DNA of 64,000 nucleotides from Desulfobulbaceae bacterium. Lineage in GTDB: Bacteria; Desulfobacterota; Desulfobulbia; Desulfobulbales; SURF-16. This document shows, piece by piece, positions 48,469-56,804 of this stretch. Within the stretch, counting starts at the first letter, position 1. Each line of letters opens with the position of its first letter. The position numbers and the translations under genes are program-made. The stretch covers positions 186 to 64,185 of the forward strand of contig JAHLLM010000032.1 of assembly GCA_020444175.1 (NCBI GenBank), written 5' to 3'. The notes beneath the pieces were generated by a model. It was given only the letters and a program-made list of their open reading frames with translations, made no database searches and was not told the origin of the DNA.

Positions 48469-50601
48469 ATGAAAAAGATCATCGCGAATAGCCTGCTGGT
48501 GCTGGGAACAATAACTTTGCCGCAGATTGCCCTTGGCAATGCGGCACCGCATTGGACGGTTAATAATATAGACTGTATTGACTGCCACCAGAACCACATG
48601 GGCCCCAAAACGGCCTGTGAGTTCTGCCACAACAACGACACAGGTGCTCAGTTTTCAAAAACAAGCGCCCCGGAAATGCTGACCCATTCAAGTGCCGTCA
48701 TCGGGAGCAATCGATATGGCTCATGGGAACGACAATGTGTTGATTGTCACGACCCCCATGTTTCCGCCCAATGCGACACGCCTCTGGTAAGCGGAAATTT
48801 TGCCGGCTACAGCCCAGGGGCAGGCACAACGACATTTATTCTGGACAGCACAACAGTGCATGACATCAGCTGGCAGAACCCGGAGGACTGGAATTCCAAA
48901 ACAGGACCCGAACGGGGTCTCATTTTCCTTGTTGAAGGAATGCTATGGGATGCTGAACAAAATCGCTACGTTGATTTTTCATCAGAAATTATCAGTGCGA
49001 CGGCAACAAGTATTACGGTTCAAGGTGAAGTGACGGAAATTTCTCTTGCCAGGGATTTTAAAATCTTATACGGACAGTACATTAAAACCGAGATCGATAA
49101 CAGGACCGTTACTTTTAACAGCAGCCCAGCCGGGCTTGCCTTTAATGATGCAGCGCCGTCCGCCGACCCGACTCCTGACGGTGTATGCCAGGTATGCCAC
49201 ACCCAGACCAAATACTGGCGTAACGACGGAAGCCGGGCTGTTCATTTCAACGGTGAAGACTGCACAACCTGCCATGAACATGAACTCGGCTTCCGGCCAA
49301 GCTGCAATGCCTGTCACGGATATCCTCCTGTAATTGATACACCGGGTCAAATTGACGGACTTGTCTGGACCCCGGAAGAAACAGGAGCAAGCAGCGCAGG
49401 GGCCCATGGGGTCCATGCCGTTGAAAATGGTATCCCATGCGAAAGCTGCCATGACAGCGGCATGCCGGTAACACCTATTGTTGATGATTACAAATTACAG
49501 ATTGGATTTAATATCGCCGGCCAGTATACAGCCGGAAACTCCTACGACGGTCAAGCCCTGAATCCGGCATACTGCTATGAAGGAACCAATGGCACCACTG
49601 TAACCACAGGGGGTTCCATGAGTTGCGTTGTCTACTGTCACAGTGACGGCACCTCGATCTCCACGGGCTCCCTTGGCAGTCAACCATCACCATCATGGGT
49701 CACAGGCAACACCGACTGCAACACCTGTCATAGTTATCCGCCTGCCTATGCCCAGGATGCACCAAAATCCAATAGCCACCAGCGTCATATAAATGCGGGC
49801 TTCAGCTGTGAAACATGCCACAACGCCACAACAACAGACGGAACCACCATTGTTTCAACCGGCAATCACGGCAATGGGCAATATGATATTGTCGGTGCCC
49901 CCACATTTTTGGCTAATAATCAGGAGCACCAACTCGACCTTGTCTATGTTTTTGACGCAGGAGGAGGCACCTGTTCCCTGAACTCATGCCATGGTTACTT
50001 CGGTTTCAATACACCCATACGCTGGGGCAATTTCTACCTCTATGCTTCACCGTCAATACATCTTGGGGATGAATCAAATGAAATAGACTTCCAGGTTACG
50101 GTGACGGATTGCGGCAATACAGGGACATGCAATACCCCCTTCACCTGTTCTTTTGACTGGGGAGACGGCACCAGCGAAACAGGAATCAGCTGTTCTGCCA
50201 GTCATATCTATCCAGCCCCAGGTGATTATCTTGTTACCTGGAACGTCTGGGATTCCAAAAATCATTCCATGGCAAACGACAAAACAAATCCCGTTACAGT
50301 GGAAGAGGTCATCCCTGACCCGGACGTTACTCTCGGGGCTGTTGTTGATGCCGCAACCGGAATTGTCACGGTGTCTGTACCCGAGACCACCACGGCAGGG
50401 GTACCGGTTGCCAGGGTATACATTTACTGGGGAGACCGCTCGCGAACAATTATTTCACCGCCAATCCTTCCAGCCGAACACGCCTATGCAAATAATGGCA
50501 TTTACCAGATCAAAGTCATTGTCTATGATCAGAATTACGGCAAGATAACTTACACCTATCAGGAAGAGCCGTCACTGGAAGTAACCATTACAAACCCATA
50601 A
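48469..50601 (+). CDS. CxxxxCH/CxxCH-type multiheme cytochrome (9 CxxCH + CX3CH + CX4CH) with C-terminal PKD-like domains
   Basis: Signal peptide; core paralogous to 46275-48449 (CNACHGYPP..DTP...DGLV); FDWGDG..HIY and YIYWGDRSR..HAY. Confidence 0.9.
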   Translation: MKKIIANSLLVLGTITLPQIALGNAAPHWTVNNIDCIDCHQNHMGPKTACEFCHNNDTGAQFSKTSAPEMLTHSSAVIGSNRYGSWERQCVDCHDPHVSAQCDTPLVSGNFAGYSPGAGTTTFILDSTTVHDISWQNPEDWNSKTGPERGLIFLVEGMLWDAEQNRYVDFSSEIISATATSITVQGEVTEISLARDFKILYGQYIKTEIDNRTVTFNSSPAGLAFNDAAPSADPTPDGVCQVCHTQTKYWRNDGSRAVHFNGEDCTTCHEHELGFRPSCNACHGYPPVIDTPGQIDGLVWTPEETGASSAGAHGVHAVENGIPCESCHDSGMPVTPIVDDYKLQIGFNIAGQYTAGNSYDGQALNPAYCYEGTNGTTVTTGGSMSCVVYCHSDGTSISTGSLGSQPSPSWVTGNTDCNTCHSYPPAYAQDAPKSNSHQRHINAGFSCETCHNATTTDGTTIVSTGNHGNGQYDIVGAPTFLANNQEHQLDLVYVFDAGGGTCSLNSCHGYFGFNTPIRWGNFYLYASPSIHLGDESNEIDFQVTVTDCGNTGTCNTPFTCSFDWGDGTSETGISCSASHIYPAPGDYLVTWNVWDSKNHSMANDKTNPVTVEEVIPDPDVTLGAVVDAATGIVTVSVPETTTAGVPVARVYIYWGDRSRTIISPPILPAEHAYANNGIYQIKVIVYDQNYGKITYTYQEEPSLEVTITNP

Positions 50602-50765
50602 AACAAGAGGGCTTTACTGTGCAGATTCCCCAGAAAGCCCTCATATAAAAAAATATAAGAATAAAACCGACTTTTCCCCAAATTCAAGCGCCAGGCTATC
50701 CTGTCTGCTACGCGGCAGGACAGGCCGTTTTAAGAGGTAATTCTATGACTTAAACAGGAGTAAAA

Positions 50766-51821
50766 ATGAAAAAAAGATATCTATCGATGCTGGCAGCCGG
50801 GCTGTTTGTGGCTGCAGGTGTACTTTCGGCCCAGGCCGATGTCATCCTGATGCCCAATTTTAATGGTACGGCGGATGATACAATTGATTTAATTGTAAAC
50901 TTTGACGCCACACAAGCATCCTGCTACCAGAAGACATATCCGGTAACCGACGACGGAATTGACATATCCTGCGATGCCGGATTTTGTGCAAATGCCGCAA
51001 CCGCGAGCTGCAATACCTACAGGGACTGTCTCGCCACCTGTGGAGGCAACTCAACCTGTATCGATGCAAACGGCAGTGATACAGGATTTTCCTGCGTCGC
51101 AGACGGCGATTGCTGGGGTGTTATCGAGTTTGACAAAGACAACCCGATTATCACTCAGCTTGGCTGCGATTATAATTGGGACACGTCTGCCGGAACGGGT
51201 GTACAGGTAGGCGGCAGCGGAACTGACACCATCGTAGTACAATACGGTGCTCCGGGCACATATGAGGCCATCCTCACTATGTCAGTTGCCGACCCCGAAA
51301 ACCCAGGCGAAACTGTTACCGCCAGCAGGACAACACAGGTTAGCCCGGTTGACCTGCCAGATCCTCCAGTACTAGGCGCTACTTTCACCTTGAACTACAC
51401 AGCTGCAACATGTGGAAACATGACCTGCTTCGGCGGCCTTAATCCAGGCAGTGCATGTTCCGCCCACGCAGACTGTTTGGGGAACGGAGAAGACATTGCT
51501 GACGGACGCTGTTATGGTGAATGCGTTGGCGGCACAAAGGATGGAATAGGCTGCGATGACATTCTGGCTGCCGATGAACTCCCTGGACCGGAATGCCCTG
51601 GGGCGGATGTTACCCTTACCATTGACAGCATGGATTCTTCCGGCGGAGGGATTGCCCGTGCCTATGTCAACTGGGGTGACAGATCGAGGAAGATTCTCAA
51701 TTATCCGGCGGTAAACGATGCAACCGCGCACACCTATAATCGAGATCGGCATTACAATGGAAGGGTTACCCTTATTGATTATGATCGGAACAAAACGATA
51801 ATTCCGCTTTCAATTAATTAA
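50766..51821 (+). CDS. exported heme-free Cys-rich protein with two PKD-like domains
   Basis: Signal peptide; 18 Cys, no CxxCH; CDYNWDT and RAYVNWGDRSR...HTYNR motifs shared with the Sec cytochromes. Confidence 0.8.
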   Translation: MKKRYLSMLAAGLFVAAGVLSAQADVILMPNFNGTADDTIDLIVNFDATQASCYQKTYPVTDDGIDISCDAGFCANAATASCNTYRDCLATCGGNSTCIDANGSDTGFSCVADGDCWGVIEFDKDNPIITQLGCDYNWDTSAGTGVQVGGSGTDTIVVQYGAPGTYEAILTMSVADPENPGETVTASRTTQVSPVDLPDPPVLGATFTLNYTAATCGNMTCFGGLNPGSACSAHADCLGNGEDIADGRCYGECVGGTKDGIGCDDILAADELPGPECPGADVTLTIDSMDSSGGGIARAYVNWGDRSRKILNYPAVNDATAHTYNRDRHYNGRVTLIDYDRNKTIIPLSIN

Positions 51822-51835
51822 GTTACTTCCTTGTT

Positions 51836-51880
51836 AAAGAGAGCTGGCGGGGCAATTTTTTGCTCAACCAGCTCTCTTTT
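51836..51880. terminator. hairpin between convergent genes
   Basis: AAAGAGAGCTGG...CCAGCTCTCTTT. Confidence 0.6.
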
Positions 51881-51910
51881 CTATCAAAAACCCAACGCTA
51901 ACCGGATGCC

Positions 51911-52744
51911 TTATCTAGCAGGCTGCAAGACATCCTTTATTCGAATCTCAAACAGCCTGCTCCATCGCTTCCCGGTAACGTAGATCCGCTCATGATCCGC
52001 ATCATAAGCTATGCCGTTCAAAACGTTGTCATTTCCGTCAGGGGCAGCCTCCGCAACAAGCTTTTCAAGATCAATCCAGCCTGTAACCTTCCCGGTACCA
52101 GGATCAATGCGGACAATGCGATTTTCCTGCCATATATTCGCCCACACTTCATTATGAATATATTCGAGCTCATTAAGTCGAGTCAGAGGGATATCATTTT
52201 CAGTGACTAAAATTTTCTTTTCCAATTCAAACCTGTCCGGATCCAGAAAAAAAAGCATTGAGCTCCCATCACTCATGATTAAATGACGACCATCATGGGT
52301 AATTCCCCATCCCTCTCCAGGGTAGGAAAAGAGCCTGATAAGCTCCAACTTTTTTTTATCCCAGACAAGACCCACCTTTGATTTCCATGTGAGCTGTATG
52401 ATTGTATCTTTAAAAACCGTTATCCCTTCACCAAAAAAATGCTTTGGCAGCAAACGAATCTGCAAATCTTCACCGGTTAATTTCATCCGCCGAAGAGATG
52501 AGAATCCATACAGCCCTGTCCCCTCATAGAGCACACCATCAGCAAAACAAAGCCCCTGGGTGAAAGCTCCCTGATCATGGGGTTTGGATGAAATCACCTC
52601 ATAGTCATACTGGACCGGGACGCTTGCTTCTCCTTGTGCCACAGGACAGCCTCCCCACGGTAAAAACATCCAAAACAGGAGGTGAAAAAAGTAAAACAGG
52701 GTGGTTCTTCTCCAAGTCATCAAACATTTAGGTCCAGTTAACAT
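51911..52744 (-). CDS. glutaminyl-peptide cyclotransferase (bacterial/plant-type glutaminyl cyclase)
   Basis: HD..AFTQGL, LYEGTGLYG, FFGEGIT, GEGWGIT, LNELEY, VLNGIAYD, VTGKRW. Confidence 0.93.
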   Translation of the reverse strand: MLTGPKCLMTWRRTTLFYFFHLLFWMFLPWGGCPVAQGEASVPVQYDYEVISSKPHDQGAFTQGLCFADGVLYEGTGLYGFSSLRRMKLTGEDLQIRLLPKHFFGEGITVFKDTIIQLTWKSKVGLVWDKKKLELIRLFSYPGEGWGITHDGRHLIMSDGSSMLFFLDPDRFELEKKILVTENDIPLTRLNELEYIHNEVWANIWQENRIVRIDPGTGKVTGWIDLEKLVAEAAPDGNDNVLNGIAYDADHERIYVTGKRWSRLFEIRIKDVLQPAR

Positions 52745-52804
52745 ATGAGAATCTGCTTGATTTGCTTTCAGGAGTTGGGCGTATTATCCAAGAGAAAGAG
52801 CGAT

Positions 52805-52843
52805 TTTGAAAGACAGGGCGGAGCCGCATCCTGTCTTTCAAAA
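52805..52843. terminator. intrinsic terminator-like hairpin
   Basis: TTTTGAAAGACAGG...CCTGTCTTTCAAAA downstream of the VPLPA-CTERM gene. Confidence 0.65.
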
Positions 52844-52880
52844 TCAACGTAAAAAAAGAAATGACGGTAAAACGAACATC

Positions 52881-53480
52881 TTATTTATTCTTACCGCGCA
52901 GACCTCTAAGACCAAGCAAGCCTGCTCCCAACATCCAGACCGCACCTGGCAGAGGAACAGGGGAGGTACTTCCCGGCGCCGGAAGGTTAAGACTTGCCTC
53001 TATCCAATCGAGGCCTTCAAGAGAAAAATCTGCAAGCTCAAAATAAATATCACCTGTTTGACTGAAACCGTAAAATGGGTCGGTTGTAGCATAGATTGAC
53101 CAATCAGTGCCTGCGACACCATCAACAGTGGCACCCCACCAATCCAGTTCAAAACCGTCAATAACGCCATCGCTAAAATGAGCAGTTGGATTATCCCCAG
53201 TATGCGGTGATGATTGAGTCAGCCTCAGACCATCAAAATCAATAGTCATGGAGCTCAATGTCAAAAATGTCTCCCCTACAGAACTGACGGCACCATCCGC
53301 CCACCCTAAGGTCACGGAGAGAGGGGAACTATATGTAATTCCAGTCAGTGTACTGTCCCAGATGTCGTCGACCTGGCCATTTAAAGTTACAGACCCGGCA
53401 CTGGCCTGTGAGGCAGAGAGAAGCATCAGGACTGCGATTGTGGAAAAAATCTTTTTTGTACTGATTTTTTTTGTATTCAT
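52881..53480 (-). CDS. exported protein with VPLPA-CTERM (PEP-CTERM-like) sorting signal
   Basis: Start ATG 53480 (GGAG); signal peptide; C-terminal PVPLPGAVWMLGAGLLGL-RGLRGKNK. Confidence 0.88.
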   Translation of the reverse strand: MNTKKISTKKIFSTIAVLMLLSASQASAGSVTLNGQVDDIWDSTLTGITYSSPLSVTLGWADGAVSSVGETFLTLSSMTIDFDGLRLTQSSPHTGDNPTAHFSDGVIDGFELDWWGATVDGVAGTDWSIYATTDPFYGFSQTGDIYFELADFSLEGLDWIEASLNLPAPGSTSPVPLPGAVWMLGAGLLGLRGLRGKNK

Positions 53481-53554
53481 TTTAGTCTCCTTCTTTTTCT
53501 TTTGTATCAAACGAATAATGTCTTTATACCCTTGGTCATTTTTCATTGTGTAAA

Positions 53555-53570
53555 TGCACTATTCATACCA
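53555..53570 (-). promoter_or_regulatory. possible sigma54 promoter
   Basis: TGGTATGAATAGTGCA = GG-N10-GC, ~75 nt upstream of ATG 53480. Confidence 0.55.
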
Positions 53571-53852
53571 CCAACAACTCAAAACACATTCCCACTGCAA
53601 AAGAGCCTTAATATAAAGAGATTATCGTTCAAATTTGCTCCCTTCAGATAATCCCCTCATAATAAACGAACATATATTCAGTTCTGCGGAAACAGCATGC
53701 AGCACAACCCAAAGACAGCCAGATGCGGATACCAGCGGGGATATCTGCTTTTTTCCGCCAATAGCAGGAGAGGGTCTTTTCCCCCACTTTTATCTCCCGC
53801 AGTGCCGAACAAAACGGGGCAAATCACCCTCGCGCGTCAGAAAAAACACAAA

Positions 53853-53882
53853 AAAAAGGCGACGTTTTAAGGTCGCCTTTTT
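53853..53882 (-). terminator. intrinsic terminator
   Basis: AAAAAGGCGAC-N8-GTCGCCTTTTT. Confidence 0.7.
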
Positions 53883-53904
53883 CCCTCACAAGATTAAAAA
53901 AACT

Positions 53905-54055
53905 GTAACTATTCAGCTGCACCTCATCTTTGAACGATCAGGCCTGCTCACATAGACGGGCTATAGCCTTGCAGGCCTGCTTGTTCAAATCTAAGGCACA
54001 TCTGAATAGTTACGGCCTGGAGTTGAGGCCCATTTCGAGCCCTCGCTGAATAGAT
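53905..54055 (-). mobile_element. MITE family B
   Basis: Inverted copy of 9757-9931 with an internal deletion; TAAAAAAACT on both sides. Confidence 0.75.
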
Positions 54056-54084
54056 TAAAAAAACTTAGCCTTCTTTCATATGTC

Positions 54085-54729
54085 CTACCAGACACCGCCA
54101 AAATTAAAGGCAACATCTTCAAGGAGGTCTCCACCTGCACTCCATAACGCGAGGTCGACTCCATCAACATCCTGATCAGTATCCTGATCACCAGCCACAA
54201 GGGGAGGCACAGCACCAGGAGGGAATTCAAGATGGCCTTCAAACCAGGCACTCGTGGCTGAATATTCATCAATAAATTCCCATTGCATCTGGGTATCCCC
54301 ACCACTTGCCAGCCCAGAAACATAAACCAGCCAGGTGTTACGAGTCGATCCATTTACTGAAGCGTCATACCAATACAATTGAAACTCATCAAGAATGCCA
54401 TCAACAAATGTGGCATACGGAAGCGCTCCTATGTGCGAATGAGAGCTGGTCAAGGACAATCCGCCAACTGTGAAATTAAAAGTATTCCCCCAATCAGGGT
54501 TGAAATTAACCACTGAGACACCTTGAGCTGCTATAATGGAATCATTGTTCCAGCTTAACTCCAGAGACACAGGAGAAGCCAACGTTACGCCCGTCGTTCC
54601 CGGGCTCTCGATATAATCGACGGCACCATCCAGAATAAGACTACCGGCACCAGCGTTCGTGGCAACGAGAAACATCAAAGTGCTGATAAAGGCAAACAGC
54701 TTCACTTCAGAAAATTTTCTCAACTTCAT
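54085..54729 (-). CDS. exported protein, paralog of 52881-53480, with a dockerin/EF-hand-like tail
   Basis: Signal peptide; GAGG RBS; C-terminal GDQDTDQDVDGVDLAL...NFG. Confidence 0.8.
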   Translation of the reverse strand: MKLRKFSEVKLFAFISTLMFLVATNAGAGSLILDGAVDYIESPGTTGVTLASPVSLELSWNNDSIIAAQGVSVVNFNPDWGNTFNFTVGGLSLTSSHSHIGALPYATFVDGILDEFQLYWYDASVNGSTRNTWLVYVSGLASGGDTQMQWEFIDEYSATSAWFEGHLEFPPGAVPPLVAGDQDTDQDVDGVDLALWSAGGDLLEDVAFNFGGVW

Positions 54730-54821
54730 GAGGTATTCCTCCTTTATTTATTTCATCAAAGCTTCATCCCAAAAGCATCTTAACAGGCATCAACCTGTAA
54801 GACCTTTCAACAAGGGGGTAA

Positions 54822-54837
54822 TGCAAATTCGAAACCA
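54822..54837 (-). promoter_or_regulatory. possible sigma54 promoter
   Basis: TGGTTTCGAATTTGCA = GG-N10-GC, ~90 nt upstream of 54729. Confidence 0.55.
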
Positions 54838-55208
54838 TGCAGACAAAGCTGATAAAAAAAAAGGATATTCATCTGAGATGATAAATTGTCAGGCACGTAT
54901 ACTCTGTTGAAAGTATATGAAAAAATATGACTTTCGATCTGTCCATTTCAGACCAGAAATAGAATTCAAACGACGGGTGTTTTGGAGATGTTCCGAAAAA
55001 CCCACCCCTGCAGAAGGGTGAAAAAACCCATTTTGCATTAATGGAGCAGAAAGAAGTGATGAAACAGGTGAATTGGCAAAAAACGTGAAGAAGCCTGGCA
55101 ACAGGGGCTATACGGTGCGGGACGGCGAATTTCGTACCCACCCGAAACCAGGTGTATTTGATATGCGGAGAATTTTTTCGTTCAGACTGATAAGAAACGT
55201 ACTGCGTT

Positions 55209-56639
55209 TTACATGCTTCTCCCTATGTCCTGCATGCCAAACTTTTTGATGCGATAGCGAAGTGTGTCACGGGACATCTTTAAACACTGGGCAGCTTTTG
55301 TCTGGTTGCCGTTATAACGCTCAAGAGCCTGCTCAATGAGCTGCCTTTCAACCTCTTCGATGGAGATTCCTTCGGGCGGCAGATTGATATAACCGTCTTT
55401 CCCCACCGCAAATGCCTGTCCGCCTTCCCCTGCTATCGCCGGCCCGGAAACTTCAGAAACACAGTCCCGGATCTCACGGCTGAAATAATCAGGGGTCAGC
55501 TGTGCTTCAATTTCAAGCATCATGGCCCTTTCCATGGCATTGCGCAGTTCACGAACATTGCCGGGCCACTCATAGCGCTGCAGGCAACGAAGGGCTTCCG
55601 GAGTAATTCCTTCAACACCGCGGCCATACTCTTCATTAAGCCTGCCGATAAAGTAATTTGCCAGGGCCGGGATATCCTCTTTGCGTTCTCTCAGGGGAGC
55701 AAGAGGAAGGGTCATGACATTGAGGCGGAAAAAGAGATCCCCTCTAAAGGTGCCTTCCTTGACCATGCCGGGCAAATCCTGATTGGTTGCGGCAATAATC
55801 CTCACGTCAACATCAATATCCCGCGCACCACCGAGACGTCGAAACTGTTGGGAATCAATAACCTTTAAGATTTTGGCCTGCATGGGCAGAGGCATGTCAC
55901 CGATCTCATCTAAAAAGACCGTACCGCCTTCAGCCGCCTCAAATATTCCCTTATGACTTTTCGAGGCATCGGTATAAGCACCTCTTTCATGCCCAAAAAG
56001 CTCATTTTCCAGCAAATTATCGGGGATTGCCGCACAGTTCAGCTCAATAAAAGGCTCCTGGGACCTGGCGCTGTGATAATGCACGGCCCTGGCAACGAGC
56101 TGCTTGCCGGTACCAGACTCACCGAGCACCAGAACAATCTTGGCATCCGTTTCAGCGCAGACCTTGATCATCTTAAAGACTTCAATCATCTTTGAAGAAT
56201 TGCCGATAAGATTGTCATAATCATATTTCTTGCGCAATTCCCGTCTGAAAAAACTCACTTCCTTGCGCAGCTTTTTCTTTTCAAAAGACTGTTCAACAAC
56301 ATGCTTGATATTTTCAATATCAAAAGGCTTGCCAATGTAGTCATCCGCCCCGAGCTTCAGGGCGTTAACGGCTGAGTCGGCATCTGCATAAGCAGTAATC
56401 ATGACAACAACGACGTCTTCATCCAGCTCCTTGAATTCACCAAGCAACTCAACTCCATTGGCATCGGGGAGACGAACATCGAGCAGGACCATTTCCGGGT
56501 TGAATTCACTAAACGTTGCCCTGGCTTCAGCTCCACTCATTGCAGTCTGAACGGCAAAGCCAGCATCGGTGAGCATCTGGCTCAGTGACCAACAAACCAG
56601 TTTTTCGTCATCAACTACAAGTACACGATGTTCTCTCAT
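55209..56639 (-). CDS. sigma54-dependent response regulator (NtrC family: REC, AAA+, Fis-HTH)
   Basis: VLVVDDE..LLDVRLPD receiver; GESGTGKQ, ELFGHERGAYTDA, FLDEIGD, WPGNVREL; NQTKAA..L..SR.TLRY. Confidence 0.96.
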   Translation of the reverse strand: MREHRVLVVDDEKLVCWSLSQMLTDAGFAVQTAMSGAEARATFSEFNPEMVLLDVRLPDANGVELLGEFKELDEDVVVVMITAYADADSAVNALKLGADDYIGKPFDIENIKHVVEQSFEKKKLRKEVSFFRRELRKKYDYDNLIGNSSKMIEVFKMIKVCAETDAKIVLVLGESGTGKQLVARAVHYHSARSQEPFIELNCAAIPDNLLENELFGHERGAYTDASKSHKGIFEAAEGGTVFLDEIGDMPLPMQAKILKVIDSQQFRRLGGARDIDVDVRIIAATNQDLPGMVKEGTFRGDLFFRLNVMTLPLAPLRERKEDIPALANYFIGRLNEEYGRGVEGITPEALRCLQRYEWPGNVRELRNAMERAMMLEIEAQLTPDYFSREIRDCVSEVSGPAIAGEGGQAFAVGKDGYINLPPEGISIEEVERQLIEQALERYNGNQTKAAQCLKMSRDTLRYRIKKFGMQDIGRSM

Positions 56640-56804
56640 GAGTTCTCTCTGTATATAAATCACGCTCTTCTTCTCAAGCATGCAGTTCAAGGATTCTCAG
56701 CTACTGAGAAAAAAGCGTCTTTCACGGTTTGAGTGCTTTAACCAATTGATAATCTACGAGTTATCACATCACTCTATTATGATATATGAAGTTTACCATA
56801 AAGA

